Shown here: piece after piece, positions 40,409-54,117 of the stretch
Layout of the letters: every line of letters starts with the position of its first letter
Position numbering within the stretch: the first letter of the stretch is position 1
Assembly (NCBI GenBank): GCA_012295275.1
Contig: CM022665.1
Location: 6,572,001-6,636,000 of the forward strand
DNA length: 64,000 nucleotides
Direction: 5' to 3'
Origin: Chrysomallon squamiferum
Lineage: Eukaryota; Animalia; Mollusca
Made by a program: the position numbers and the translations under genes
Notes under the pieces: generated by a model
Told to the model about the DNA's origin: nothing
Seen by the model: the letters and a program-made list of their open reading frames with translations, nothing else
Databases searched by the model: none

Positions 40409-41913
40409 TACACACATATTTATTTTATTTATATATTTATTTATTTATTGAAGAGACAAACAAAATGATTTGAACAAAGTATGTAATTTTGCCACAGTTT
40501 TAAATATTTTTGATGTTAAATGTGTTTACTGGGTGAATAACTGGCATACACAAGTACATTTCAAAACATTTAAAAACAAATAAATAAATAAATTAGAAAA
40601 ATGTTAAAATGTTTGATTTTTATTGTGTAATTGATCAAACTTTATTTTTTAATGTTTTTTAATTGATCATTTCACTGATAGATTTCTGTTTCTACTGTTT
40701 TTGAAAATGAATAAATGTGTACAATGTACATGTCTGTATAGATTCATACTCTTTTGTCTTCATTTAGTGGAGATGTGACTTTTGTATGGTACTATTTTCT
40801 GATTTAAAACAATATTTTTTTTAATCTTATTATTTATTTTTTATCTAGTATTTTGATATGGTAATAAAAGTAATGTCTCTTTCAACTATTAAAAAAAAAT
40901 GTTTGGTTCTAAATTTTTATTTGTGATCTCTGATACATTGTTGAACAATATTACTAGATTTAGTTATGGAACTTTTATGTCACAAGTTATTGGAAATACT
41001 AATGATATAATGATGACTAGTAATCACTAAGTCATTGTCTACTCATTAATTAAACATGTTTGTTGGTATTTTGTTCAAATACTTAATGTTTTATACATAG
41101 TTTTTCTAAATTTCATGGTTGGTTTGTAATGATGCATAAAACATGCTACCTGTGCATAATTTGCCTTCACTGACAGGAGCTTTTTCAAACAAGTTATACC
41201 TAAATATTACTGTAATGTTGACATATTTTTTTATTACATACAAAATACATAGCTGTTAATTTTGGTAAATGATCTTTATAATACACTCCTTATAATGCCT
41301 GTTAACATTTGTCACAGTTATTTTATTTATATATATATATAAAATCAGATATATGTACACACATACATACATATATGTTCAGGACTTTTAATGAAAAGTA
41401 GATTTGAAATATGGTTTATCCATAGAGAATAGTTAATAATTAAAAAAAACACACAAAAAAAAACACCACAACAAATACTACAAATATACAACAAATATGC
41501 ATTAAGAACTGGCTCTGTGAGTGTCAGTTCAATTTGTTGACCATGGATGCTACTAAAGAAAACTAAATTGAACTTCTTTTTTCTCCCATAAAAATTAAGA
41601 ATATCTGAACAGTTATACAGAAGTTTCACTTAATACCTCCACAAACGAAATGAGTATGATTTTGTTTTCATTACTTATTTTTAGACTAACAATATAGGAT
41701 TAGTTTAATATGATTTTCTGTCACAGTACTTCATGCATCATGAGGGAATATTAAAATACATTGAAAGAGAAAAAGGAATATAATTATAATGTTAATGCAT
41801 GAAATGTTCTTGCTTCAAGCTAATTCAGTGTTATTTTTAAAAAACAAAATGGCTTCTTCATAGTTAAAAAACAGAAACAAATTGTGCTTATTGATTGTTC
41901 TTCTTCTTTACTT

Positions 41914-41954
<41 letters not shown>

Positions 41955-42517
41955 GATAAACTGCCTTTATATTTTGTTTAATTTATTATTCTCTTTTAAG
42001 GAGCAACAAACAGTCTTGTTACTTTTCCATTTTTATGGTGTTTGAAATGTGCATCTATAATTTTGCTTACTTGTCAAATAACAGTGAAATATATATTTGA
42101 AAAAAACAAATGTTTTTGTTTTTTTATTTCTTACTTACATGTCATTTTCATGTTTTAGTAGTTTTCTTTCAGTTGATTATTTTTAAAACAGACCTGATGC
42201 TTTATATGTCAAGTTCAAACACTGATATGATATTTGTAAGTAAATAGTTCAAGTGAGTTTAAAGAATATTTTGATAACTTTTGAATTATCATTCCAGCAA
42301 TTTTTATTATGATGAATGTTTTTTTCTAGTTGCATGAATGTATTTAGTTGATTTGCATAAAGAGTTTATTTGGGGTATTGTGAGAAAAAACATTTTATTT
42401 TCATCCAAATGAAGAGAAATTTTATATAGCTGCATTACATGATATTTTCTCATTTAGTTTATAATTAATATTCTCCACCTACTGTTCATTGATTTCTTTT
42501 TTTTTTTTTTTTTTTTA

Positions 42518-42520
<3 letters not shown>

Positions 42521-42572
<52 letters not shown>
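42521..42572. repeat. (CT)n microsatellite
   Basis: Read directly. Confidence 0.95.
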
Positions 42573-42575
<3 letters not shown>

Positions 42576-45500
42576 AAGAAATAAAAAGAATTAATCAATT
42601 TCAGTGTCTGCTTTGGAGTTTTGTTAAGTCTTTCAGCAGAGGATGTGTCGTGACTGGTTGTGATCTGCATTAATTATCAGCAGAGGTTCCTTAAATGTAG
42701 TGCCATGATCACTTGATAAATAACTTTGATGCAAAGTATGCATGAGATGAGGCCATAAATTGCCACAGCATAAAGTCGGTCTTGAGCTCAATCCCCTAAT
42801 GTCATTGCTTGCGTGACAGAGCTTTTTCAAATTCACGCACATCTCAGAGACAGAAGCAATTAGTGACAACCATGTAATTAACAACACTAGACTTGTTATT
42901 GCTATGAAACACAGGTATCTGGGCAGCAGTGTCTGATTTATTTCCATATTCTGACATGGATAGATTAAAATGTGCCGATTTGTTGGTTGAAAGTTTGCTT
43001 TTTGCCCACAATGAATCCATTATCAATAAAGGAGTTCGAATGTGATCTAAATATTAATTACAGCGCTGGTATAGGATATGATTGTCATAAATTTTATCTC
43101 TTAGAAACCAGAACATTTTATCATAAAGCTGGTTAAATCATGTAAAATAATTATATTAACCACTGCTATGGTAGAGAACTGGATTCATTCACATTGTCTT
43201 GATGTGTGTAACAAAAAATACAGTCTGAATTATGTATTCTGATTAAGAAATAAACTAAAAATTAAAAATGATTTATTTATAAAAGTGAAATATATACAAC
43301 TAAAATAAATAAATAACCAAAGTTAATCTTAAAGTGATCAGAATCATAAAGAATAAATAGACAATACAAATAAATTAATATTGAATTACTTGTAATGTTA
43401 GTTTACGTACAAATAAGTTCAATTTATTTGTGGTTTCTATGAAAAATAGAAAACTACTGTTGCTAAATTAAATTATTTGTTATTGTCAGAGAAAAAAAAA
43501 ATTAAACTAAAAATAAAAGAAATGCAAATCCAGAGGATCTTGAAAAAATCTGGCTGCAGGATCAAAATAAGCTAGTTTTTAATCAGACCTTTTTCATTTC
43601 TGACTTTTGTCAGTGATTTGTAAAATTTCATAAGATTTGCATTTTGAAGCCAATGAACTGCTGAACACATTGAATTAAAGGATACAATAAACAGAATGCA
43701 GGCCACCTGTGTCAAAATTCATGAGTCATCAGCAGATGTAGGCCTCCCTCTATACATTACATTGAATTCAGTGGTAACTTTTCAAACAACTAATGGAATT
43801 TGGGCCAAAGAAATCATGAGTTCATCTGCATAATAATTATCTTAAAAAATATTTTTTTTAAAGGGAATGACATTTAAAAAAAAAAAAAAAAAAAAAAAAA
43901 TACTAAGAAATAAATAAATAATGGACCGTGTACTATGAAAAGAAAATCATTAACAGATTAAACATAGTTCACTAATAATAACAAATAATTTTTTTTTTAC
44001 AGTAAGCAGTCATTTTAATTAACAATAATTTTTTTTTTGTTGCAAATGTGACTTAGAATCCAGAAAGTTAATGAAAATTTGATGTAATTCTTCAGAACAT
44101 AAACACATGGTTGTGTTTCCTAGCAGTTTATTCAATAATTTCGTGATATGAAAATTTATCAGTCCTCAAGTCCAGTGCAAACAACGTAAATTGTATCACT
44201 CAGTGCTGTTGATAGTGTCAAGGATTGGTGAGGAATCTTTCTTGTTGAACAGTTACCTGTCACACCCATTGTCTTCCTGTACAGTTAAGAAAACTAGAAA
44301 ATAACAAAAAATAAATCTGTAAATTTTGTCAGTTGCTAGAACAGAAATAATAAATCTTTTGGATTAATTATAATACAATTTAGATGTGTTTTGTGTGTGT
44401 GTGTGTGTGTTTTTATTTCCTGTACATCTAGCTGATTTGTTTGTAATATGTGATGATGTGTAGGTATGTCATTAACATGCCTGTCACATTGTACTTTGTT
44501 TCCTATGTGTCATTTCAGAAAATGTCAGAGGCTATGTCAAAACAACTAAAACTTCATCCAATTAAAATAACACAGTAAAAAGACAGATGTGTGAATGGGA
44601 ATAAAACAGTGTGTAAATACAGAATGTAAACAATAGCGCTGTGGTCATACATGCAGCATGTGTAAAATAATTGTGTATTATATATACTTGATAACAGTTA
44701 TGTTTCAGATGCATTGTTTGGTCTACCTATGTAAAAGAACCTTTGTGTTTAACAATAGGTTTCTTTTTTTTTTTCTCCACAATGAATTCATGGTAATCCA
44801 GAAAACCTCAGCATTTTTGTTATATCTGAATATGTATTAGGGGTAACTTTTGAATGTGAAAAACAGGGTATTTTTGGGGGGAGGGAGGTGGGCTTTGTTG
44901 GTGTAGGAACATATGAGAATGAAATAACAAGTAAACCAAACAACAGCTTATGTCAAACTGATGGTAAACAGTGGGATTTTTAAAACCAATGTTTTGTTGT
45001 ACATTTTGATAACTTTTTGTTATCAGCTTTCTTTACTGAATGTTTAACTGCACCTCAGCACAAACAGTATAAGCTGTTGGGTGTCACGTACTGACTGATA
45101 GGTACCTAATAATGATGTAAAAATAAAAAAGTTTAATTGCAACATTGCAGACAGATGTGCAAATATAAATATATAAAATAGGTCAAATCAACTATTTTAA
45201 AAGTGCTAATCACGGATTGCATTTATTTTCATTCCAACAATATTTTAGTGTATACAAAAACTGCAAATAAGGAGCAGTTTGATCAAAGCAAATTATAAAA
45301 CAAATTTAAGACATGAAAATTCATAACTTCACTGGTGCTGTTGCAGAATGAATTTCTCATCTAAAGTAAATTTATCTGTATGCCATTTTGAATGTATTTT
45401 CTGTTTCTTCTGGTACAATAGTGTTGTGGACCAAACAGCAGTTATTTTGCATTCCTGTCATGAAGTGCTGTGCCATCTTACACAGAAAAATGTGAAATTT

Positions 45501-47498
45501 GATCTTACAGCAGTATCTGGTCGTTCAGTTGCCTGAGAAATTTATCGTGAAGTGCATGCCAAATGACATTCAAGCAGGATTAACTGTCTCGGGTGTTAAT
45601 CTCCATGGCTGGCATGAGTATGAAGAAAATGCTCCCATCCATTCCAAATACACATTAAATTGATTTTACCAGTAGTCACTTTAAAAATCTGGGAAAAAAA
45701 TGAAAATGTGCAAAGAATAACAAGTAGGTAATAGATTGGTTAGTCCTTATTTATTTATGTGAAATATTCATGAATCTGAGTTTTGAAAAAATAAAATGAG
45801 GGAATGTTTCCATTTTACTTTATAGGAAATATATATTTTGTAACAACAGATTATATTACAGATTAAAAATAAATATGGTCATAAAGTTAGTTAACCAGGA
45901 AGCTATTTAACTGAAGATTCAGAAATCTGTTTATCAGTTTCTGCTAGTAACAGGGTGTGCCTGTTAACAACAGTAAAACTGTTACTGCAAAGAAAGTTAC
46001 AAAAAGAGCTAACAGTTTTTTCATCTAATAATAATTATTCTGAATTTGTTTTGCATCAAAGTCCTATTGAACATTCTTGCCTGTGAAAATATGAATTTAT
46101 TCAATATTATTTTCAAATCCCTTTCTAATTATTACAGAAAAAGAAAACATTTTTTTGTTCTTTGAAATATTTGTTTTTATATATATTTACCACCTACAAA
46201 TTAAACTTTCTGCACAACAGACATGGATCTAGTCCTAATACATCTTGTTTATTTCCTAGCATTTGGTTTGTTTTCTAAGTCACTAGTGTTTGCTAATTAG
46301 AAAATAACAAGCCCATGAAGATAAGTGAAGGAAGATATTTTCCATTTTGTTGTCTTGTTATTGTCTGATAGATTTAGGTATGTGCCTATGCAATTATTTA
46401 TTCAGTCTGGGTGAAATCATCAGTTTTAAAAAAAAAAAAAAAAAAAAAAAAGGATCCATTCATATTTATTGTTAAAAAGGTTGTTAGAAACAGATAAATA
46501 CCTGCTGAAATGGTAAGGGTTGATTAAGGTACATAACTGAATTGTATTTTAATCTTTAATAAAATACTGAACATACTAATAAATTTACCAGTGTGCTTTT
46601 GTAAAGAAATAACTTTTGAAAAATTAATTAACCATAACAACAAAGAAAAATAGTAATAATAAACACTATATAAAAAGCTTTAAAATAAAAAAAATTTAAA
46701 TCCATTTACATTCATCTCTAATTCTTTTATGTAATTACAGTTAACCTGCAGAGGGGGGAAAAAGAAGACACCATTTTTTTTTTGTTCATGTTCAATTTCA
46801 CGCACAGAATTGAACTCTTTACACTGACAGATTCTGTCTCCTTGGGTCTCCACAATTTCCTTTTCCACACTCCTTCTGTGTCACATGCATGACTGTACAT
46901 ATTCATCTGAAAACCAGAGCCAACATTTATATTCAAAAAATAAAACATACCGTCAATTCAAGAGGCTGTAAAGAAAGAAAAATTGTTGGTCCACCATAGC
47001 TACTTGAATAACAATGATATTTGAAAATAGATCTTATGAGATGATGGTATAATTTGCATGATCTGACATATTATAAATCATGCTGTTTTTAAGCAGCCTG
47101 TGACAGTGAATTGCTTATTAGGGCTGGAGTGATTATTGCCAAATATTGACCCATACTGATATTGGTATTCTAGTCAGACCCTTGCCACACTTGTGGGAGA
47201 TATTTGACTGTGTCCTTAACACGGCATTGACAAGGCAAAACCTTGTGCTTGGTGATGCTTTAAAATGTCTGGTGGATAGGATTACCAGAGAAATCTGCTG
47301 TTCACAGAACATCACATATTAGGATCTGTATCTGTCTGATATAAATGTATCAGTCATGATTATGCTGAATGATAGTGCACTGATTTGTTTAATATTTTAT
47401 ATCTGAGATTTCTTATGTTTTGTCACATTTGAACTGCTGTCATGTAATTCTATAACTAATAATTGAATTTATGAAGTTTTATGTACATTCATACAGTG

Positions 47499-47529
<31 letters not shown>

Positions 47530-48367
47530 TATGTACATACATATAAACACAAAATTTTGTGGATAGGATTTTGTAACAAAACTGGAAGAAGAGTAGATTA
47601 AATTATAGTAAATAAGATTTTGTTTCTTTTAAACAAAATTTTAAAAATAATGTTTTGCAATAAACAGGTGCAGATACCCCATTTAGCAATTTATTAAACT
47701 TTTGAGGGCCTTTTTTTATTTCACAATAGAAATGAATAAAATGTTGCTGTGACAGTGCATAAAATTAGAAACAATCCTACTGAGAACTTCTTTTTTCTTT
47801 TATAAATGAATGAATGATAATAGCAGTAACAACAACAACAAGAATTAATAATTGTTTATGCTTTTCATACTCTCACATCAGTCAATAAATACAAATCTTT
47901 GCCTAACAGTAACACGGTAAGAAAGAGAGAGTATTAATGTTTTACTGTACGGTGTTTGAACTAATGCAGTTCACACACACAGACAGTTGTTATGTGATGT
48001 TGGTGTTGTGTAAAAATGGCTACTTTGAAGCAATGTATTCCAGTCAGCGTAAAGCATGACATGAAAGGCCAGCTGTGTTACACTAATGAGCATGAGCATA
48101 CAAGGCTGTGTTTTGAATACCAATGAAGATGGCCAAACTGAACAGATTGGCCTTAATACCATTGTTTTTGTGTGACCTGTTAAGAATTGCTGGTAAATAA
48201 CGAGAGAAATTAATTGCTTGTAGATTGTGATAGGAATATATTTAGAAGATAATGAGGCCTATATTGGACAAGTTTCTGCTGGAAATAGAAGTAGATTGAG
48301 TTTCAAGTTGTATCTAGTGTAACAGTAATCACTATGAAAATGGTATGGGAGTAGCAGTTACTGATCA

Positions 48368-48520
48368 GAATTTATACTAGAATCTTGCTAATTTAAATGG
48401 AATTTGTACAAGATTTTTGATAATTTAATTGGAATTAATACAAGAATCTTCCTAATTTAATTGGAATTTATACTAGAATCATGCTAATTTTAACAGAATA
48501 TTGTTAATTTAAATTAAATT
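48368..48520. repeat. Degenerate 32-bp minisatellite, about 4.5 copies
   Basis: Units gaatttatactagaatcttgctaatttaaatg / gaatttgtacaagatttttgataatttaattg / gaattaatacaagaatcttcctaatttaattg / gaatttatactagaatcatgctaattttaaca. Confidence 0.85.
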
Positions 48521-49528
48521 TAATAAAATGCCTGAAGTAAGAGTTTTATCATGTTTTCTTGTTTGTTTTGGACAGCATCCCAATTTTTTGATAGATGAAT
48601 ATGTTTTATTTATTTTATATATTTATAGTTTATTAACCAGAATCAATTTGGGAAATATAATAAATTAACTGGATGAAGATCCTGTTGACTGAGAAAATTA
48701 ATTATCTTTTTTATTTTTTTAACTTTTTTTTTTAATTCTTTATTAATTTTGTTTATTATTTAAAAAAAAAAATGTATTATTATTTTATTTTTTTTCCTCC
48801 TGGATCTACAGGATAGATAATGAAAACTTGCTGTTGTTCTTCTTTTTACACAATCACACTCTGAACTGAAAAACCTCATTAAACAAACCGCTGAGATGTC
48901 ATTAAACAAATATTACTTTCCTTTCTGGTCACATACCAGTACGTGTGTATTGTGTTTGTAATAAAACATCTGTCCTTGCACTGTAGCTTCATGGCTGAAT
49001 TCAATCTTGGAAACCAGAATAGCATTAGAATTTTAACTTTTCGTTTTTGCTAACCAAATTCAAAGCTTAATTTTATTATTAAAATAACATATTATATTCA
49101 TTCATTTATTTTATTATTTTCTTAAATCCATTTAGCTTCAGACTAAACAGATTTTATCATCATTTTTATAAAGAAGTATATTATAGTTTATGTATTCTAT
49201 ATTAAATCTGGAGCTTTATTTGAGAAAGAGTTAGGAATATTGATATATCCAACATTCCGCAGTTCCTTATGCCATTTATGTCTTTATTGTTACATATTAA
49301 AACTAAAAAAACAAAGTCAGATACTCTGCAGAAATTTTTAAAAGAGACCAGTTTATATGCAGATGTTGTTAATTAATCTTTTAACTATCATTTAATTACA
49401 GACTGTCCTACAAAAATGATGATAGCAGCATATCAAAATACTATTAAATTATTATGTCTTCCTTTTTTCTGCTAATATGTATCTATTGGTATGTTAGAAT
49501 GTTATTCTAGAAGAGTCTTTGCTTACTT

Positions 49529-49560
<32 letters not shown>

Positions 49561-51092
49561 CATTCTTTTCTTTCTTTCTGTCTTCATGAAAGTGCAAGAA
49601 GACTTGTCATGTTAACATTTCCTTCAAGCTATAAGCCATCACCAACCATGTCTGATTTAAATCGATTAACATCACCAGGTGTCTCTAGTGTCTGCAGTTC
49701 TTTATTCTGTTAGCATTAAATATCATTTCTTTGACCATCATTGATCTTGTGCCTTCTTCTTTTTTTTTTTTTATTTTTTTTTTTTTTTTTTTGTGGTGGG
49801 AGGTTTTTAAAAGTGTTCAAAGTACCTGTATTGTTCCAGTTAATTGGGTCGAATTTGTTTTAAATTAAAGTTTTGAAATAAAAAATATTTGTTAAGGAAT
49901 ACGATAGATGGCATTATGTGATGACTGTGTATTCTCAAATTACATTCTTCATCTAAAAAACAGATCTGAAGAAAACTTTGAAAAAACAACTTTCATGTTT
50001 CCACAAACATATAAAAGTATTGAATAAATACATTTATTTTTTGGTTTTCATACTTATATCAGATAAAGTAATTAAATAAAATAAAAAAAAAAATAAGACC
50101 AAATAGAAATTCTTACCAGTTTTATATAGATAGATAAATGGAATGATAGACAAATATACAGATGAGACAATGACTGTAACTGGAAATATTTTAACATTTT
50201 CCCAACATATATCTTTTATCAGTAATCAGATATCCTTCACGTATTATGTTAAAGATGCTAAACATTTTCATTTGAAATATTTCTGTTTCTCTCCCCTGCA
50301 GTTATATAGGTATTAGTGTAAATAATTCAATTTATTTGGTTATACAAATAAACACTGACCAAAAACAGATATATATTTGCATTTCTCCTATTTGATTTTG
50401 GTATTTGTTTAAATAAATTAAAATATTTGGTTTGTCTACAGTAGTTACATTCTTTATGTTACATTTATGTAAACCAGTGATAGTGTCTGGAATCATGGTG
50501 CTTTGAGCTAGACGCAAATTGTTTGACATTTGCAGATTGATTAAGCTAACTGTAACTACCATCATTGCCCAAGATACCCTGTGAATGGAATCTAAAATTC
50601 CAATTACACTTTAACCAAAGTAATGCCACACTTGGAACATCTTAGCCTTAGGGTAGTAATAGAAAGACACATCGTCCAAGTTCAACAGAACCTGACAGTC
50701 TATTGCTATTCTTAACCATGTTTATTAAATATGTCATCAGGTGATTTCATTTCTTAACATTGGTGTGTTGTTGTTTTTTTTTTTTTTTTTTAAATAAAAT
50801 TAATTTTTAAAAATTTAAAAATAATATCAGATTACTTGTAGGTTCACTATAACTTCTTTGTGAAATAGAAATGTTAATGTTGATCTCGATGTTGTTTTCA
50901 GTGGGAATTTTTTTGTTTTATTTTTGTTTTTTTTTTTTTTCTTTTATTTTGTTATACCCCTTCAGTGACATAAAGAAAAAACTATTCTTGTAATAATAAA
51001 AAAATAGCACCAGTGTTGCTAGGCAAAACAGTCCTACTTATATCCATGTTTGATTTATGTTGATCACATTATATATCCAAAAAGTTATTATT

Positions 51093-51126
<34 letters not shown>

Positions 51127-53327
51127 GTATTCTTTCTTTTTTTTTTTTTTTTTTTTTAAACTAAGCTTTCTTTTAAAATCTAATTTATTTATCTAATAAA
51201 ATTAATTTAAACAGTTTAGTAAATTGCAAACAACTTTTGTGCATTCTGTATGTGACTGAGTATAGCAGATCTATATCTGCAGCTGTCAGTTTGTACTCAG
51301 TAATGATGTTTACATTTGTCGTAACATCTGATTATTGAACACGCTGATATTGTCATGATCATCATGATCGCATAACCCACAGCTTGTGTGAGAATAATCC
51401 ACTGTTAATTATTGAAGGAGACAGCTGCTGGACTGAGCTCAGTAATACACACGTATCACAGATTTACACAAACTTAAGTCATCGTCTTAGTTTGACTATG
51501 TCACAAGGTTACAAGTACAAATGTGTCAGAAAACTTCTTCTCGTAATATGATTTTCTTTTTTCATTCATCGTTAGAAAAACAGTATAAATAATTATAAAT
51601 AATATCAGTGATAATTGAGGTAAGATTAGGTAACACTTAAAATTTGGAAGAGTTAAGTCATATCCAGATAATTATGAATTTGATAGAAAAAAATTAAAAA
51701 TTATAAAAGTATTGAGAAACTAAAAAAACAACAAATAAACAAAAAAGAAAACCAAACAACAACTGTTAATAAATAAAAAACCCTAGACCCACCCAAAAAA
51801 AAAAAAAAAAAACGGGGGGAAAAATATATTATTTTTATATTTAGATCATCAGGTATACAGTTTTTTATCTCTTAATTTTTTATTTTTTATTTTTTATTTT
51901 TATTTTTAAATTATTGTTATTTTTATTTTGCAATGTATTAGTGTTAAAATTGATAACTGTTAATATTTATTAACATCAGAAGACATGGTTTGCATTACTT
52001 GTATCTTACTACCAATATATTACATATCACAAGTTATAACATTTCTGAAATAAAAATGTTCTTTATATTCAGATTTAATGCACAGTTCGTGTGAATGGTG
52101 CATGACAAATACTGAAATAGTCTTCTTTGTTTTCCAGATTTTATAGAAAAATAAAATAGTGGGTTTTTTTTGTATTTTGGAATAGATTTAATGGCAACTA
52201 ACATGCAACAGGCAAATTACTTGCATGACAATACGTAGTTGAAGTCTTTAAATGTTTGCATTATGCATACAGTAAAGGGTTATTAGATGGGCTGTGATGA
52301 TGTACAAACTTCACATTATCAAAATTAAGTAGAGGTGAATGTTTCTTACTAAGGTTAGATTTGATGTTAGATAAAACAGCTAGCTATACTGAGAAGCATA
52401 GAAAATATTTTTGAACAAAAGAAAGAAACCCCCTGTTCTATTTCAGGTAGAATGTAGATAAAATTGTCTTTTATATAAGAGCACATTGTAGCAGTATTAT
52501 ATAAGAATTGCCTGTGACAGCTTCGTACAAACTCTATGCTCTTGATAGATGAATTTGGAAGTTACCAGTTTCCTTATGTATTTGATATTACAAATAAATA
52601 ATGTAAAAGGTTCACTGGTATAATAGATCAATGAAACTTTTACATTATTTTGTTTATTTTAATTATAGTGTCTTCAGAGACAATTTTACAATAACCTAAA
52701 AAAAGTAATAATAACTTTATAATTATTATATTGTTACAGTTTTCTTTCCAACACCTCTTCAGTTAAGTAAATTATTGTTGAGTGCAAAAAAAAAGAAAAA
52801 GAAAAAAGATACCTGGAAAATTACCATGGCATATTTTGCAGTTTTTATATTATTATATTAATATGTTTACACTTCGGAAATATTTTATGGGGGCGGGGGG
52901 GAAATGTTTGTATAATAATTCCAAAACATTACTATTAAGAAATTAAAACTGCCATAACTTATCACCAGAGAATACTGAAAGAATCCTGATATTTTTTATA
53001 AAACAAAGAAGAAAAACAGGAGGCAAATAATTTGAACATAATTTGAAAATCAATTAAAATTATTGTTATGTAAACAAGATTAGAAATTGTTAAGAACTGG
53101 TCACCTAACACCTAACAAGAAATGCTCTACATAGACACAACATGTGAGAAAAAATATCTCTTTTTCTTTTAGCCAATTAAATTTTACACCAGTAAATTTA
53201 AAATGTCTGTACATTAGGTGACTGGCATCCTTCTAAGTAAAATCCGTGCCTATGTTGTTGTTGGATGGGTTTCTTTATGTGGGAGTTTTATTTGGTTACA
53301 AGTGAACATTTAAATTTTTTGTTTCAG

Positions 53328-54085
53328 AAGTCAGCGTGATGTGAGTCCTGTCCAACAAGCTAAACGACTGGAAGAAGAGTTGTCATCCATTAACCAGCAG
53401 ATGAATGAACTTGTCACTGTGGTTTGTATTCAGCTTGTAGCATTTATTTTATTTACAAACTCTGGCATTATGTCAGTCTTAATGTAACTATATTAATTTG
53501 ATTCTTGATTCCTGTGAAATACTCATATCCTTATTTAAAAATTATTTTAGAAACTTAACAATATTCAGTATAAAAAGTTTCAGTCAAGACATAACAGAGC
53601 TGAATTGAAATAAGTATATTTGGCACTAAGACTTAGTGAACAAAATTATCAGATTTAAAAAAAAAGCATCTACTCATTTGTGGTTTTTAATTTATTTTTA
53701 AAAAGCCAGTATTTCAATATTTCAAGACAATATTTGCAGAGTTGTGACCCTTTAACACCAGGACAATTAAACAAAAAACATTTCTGAATATGGACTTATT
53801 TATACACCTGCTGTCCATTAATGAATTATTAATACAATACAGTGATAATTACTTAATCTCTGAATAACAAGACAATAATAGGTGTACCTGTGTATTTTAG
53901 TTAATGTTAAATATTTTCCATTATTTTTAGACACCAGAGAAAATGAGAACAAGCAAATCAATATTGAAAGAGGTAACATTTTTATTTCACTGTATAAATA
54001 TTCCTTTAAACTGACTTTTTCATATTAATTTTAATTTTTATTATTATTATAGGTTTGTTTTATTTTATTTTTTATTCTTTTCTTT

Positions 54086-54117
<32 letters not shown>

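Noticed and set aside
45037-45090. Fragment resembling a short interspersed repeat recalled from gastropod genomes (gaatgtttaac..cacc.cagcac...gctgttgggtgtca)
   Set aside because: Short and degenerate, with no clear boundaries; it cannot be supported without a repeat library search.
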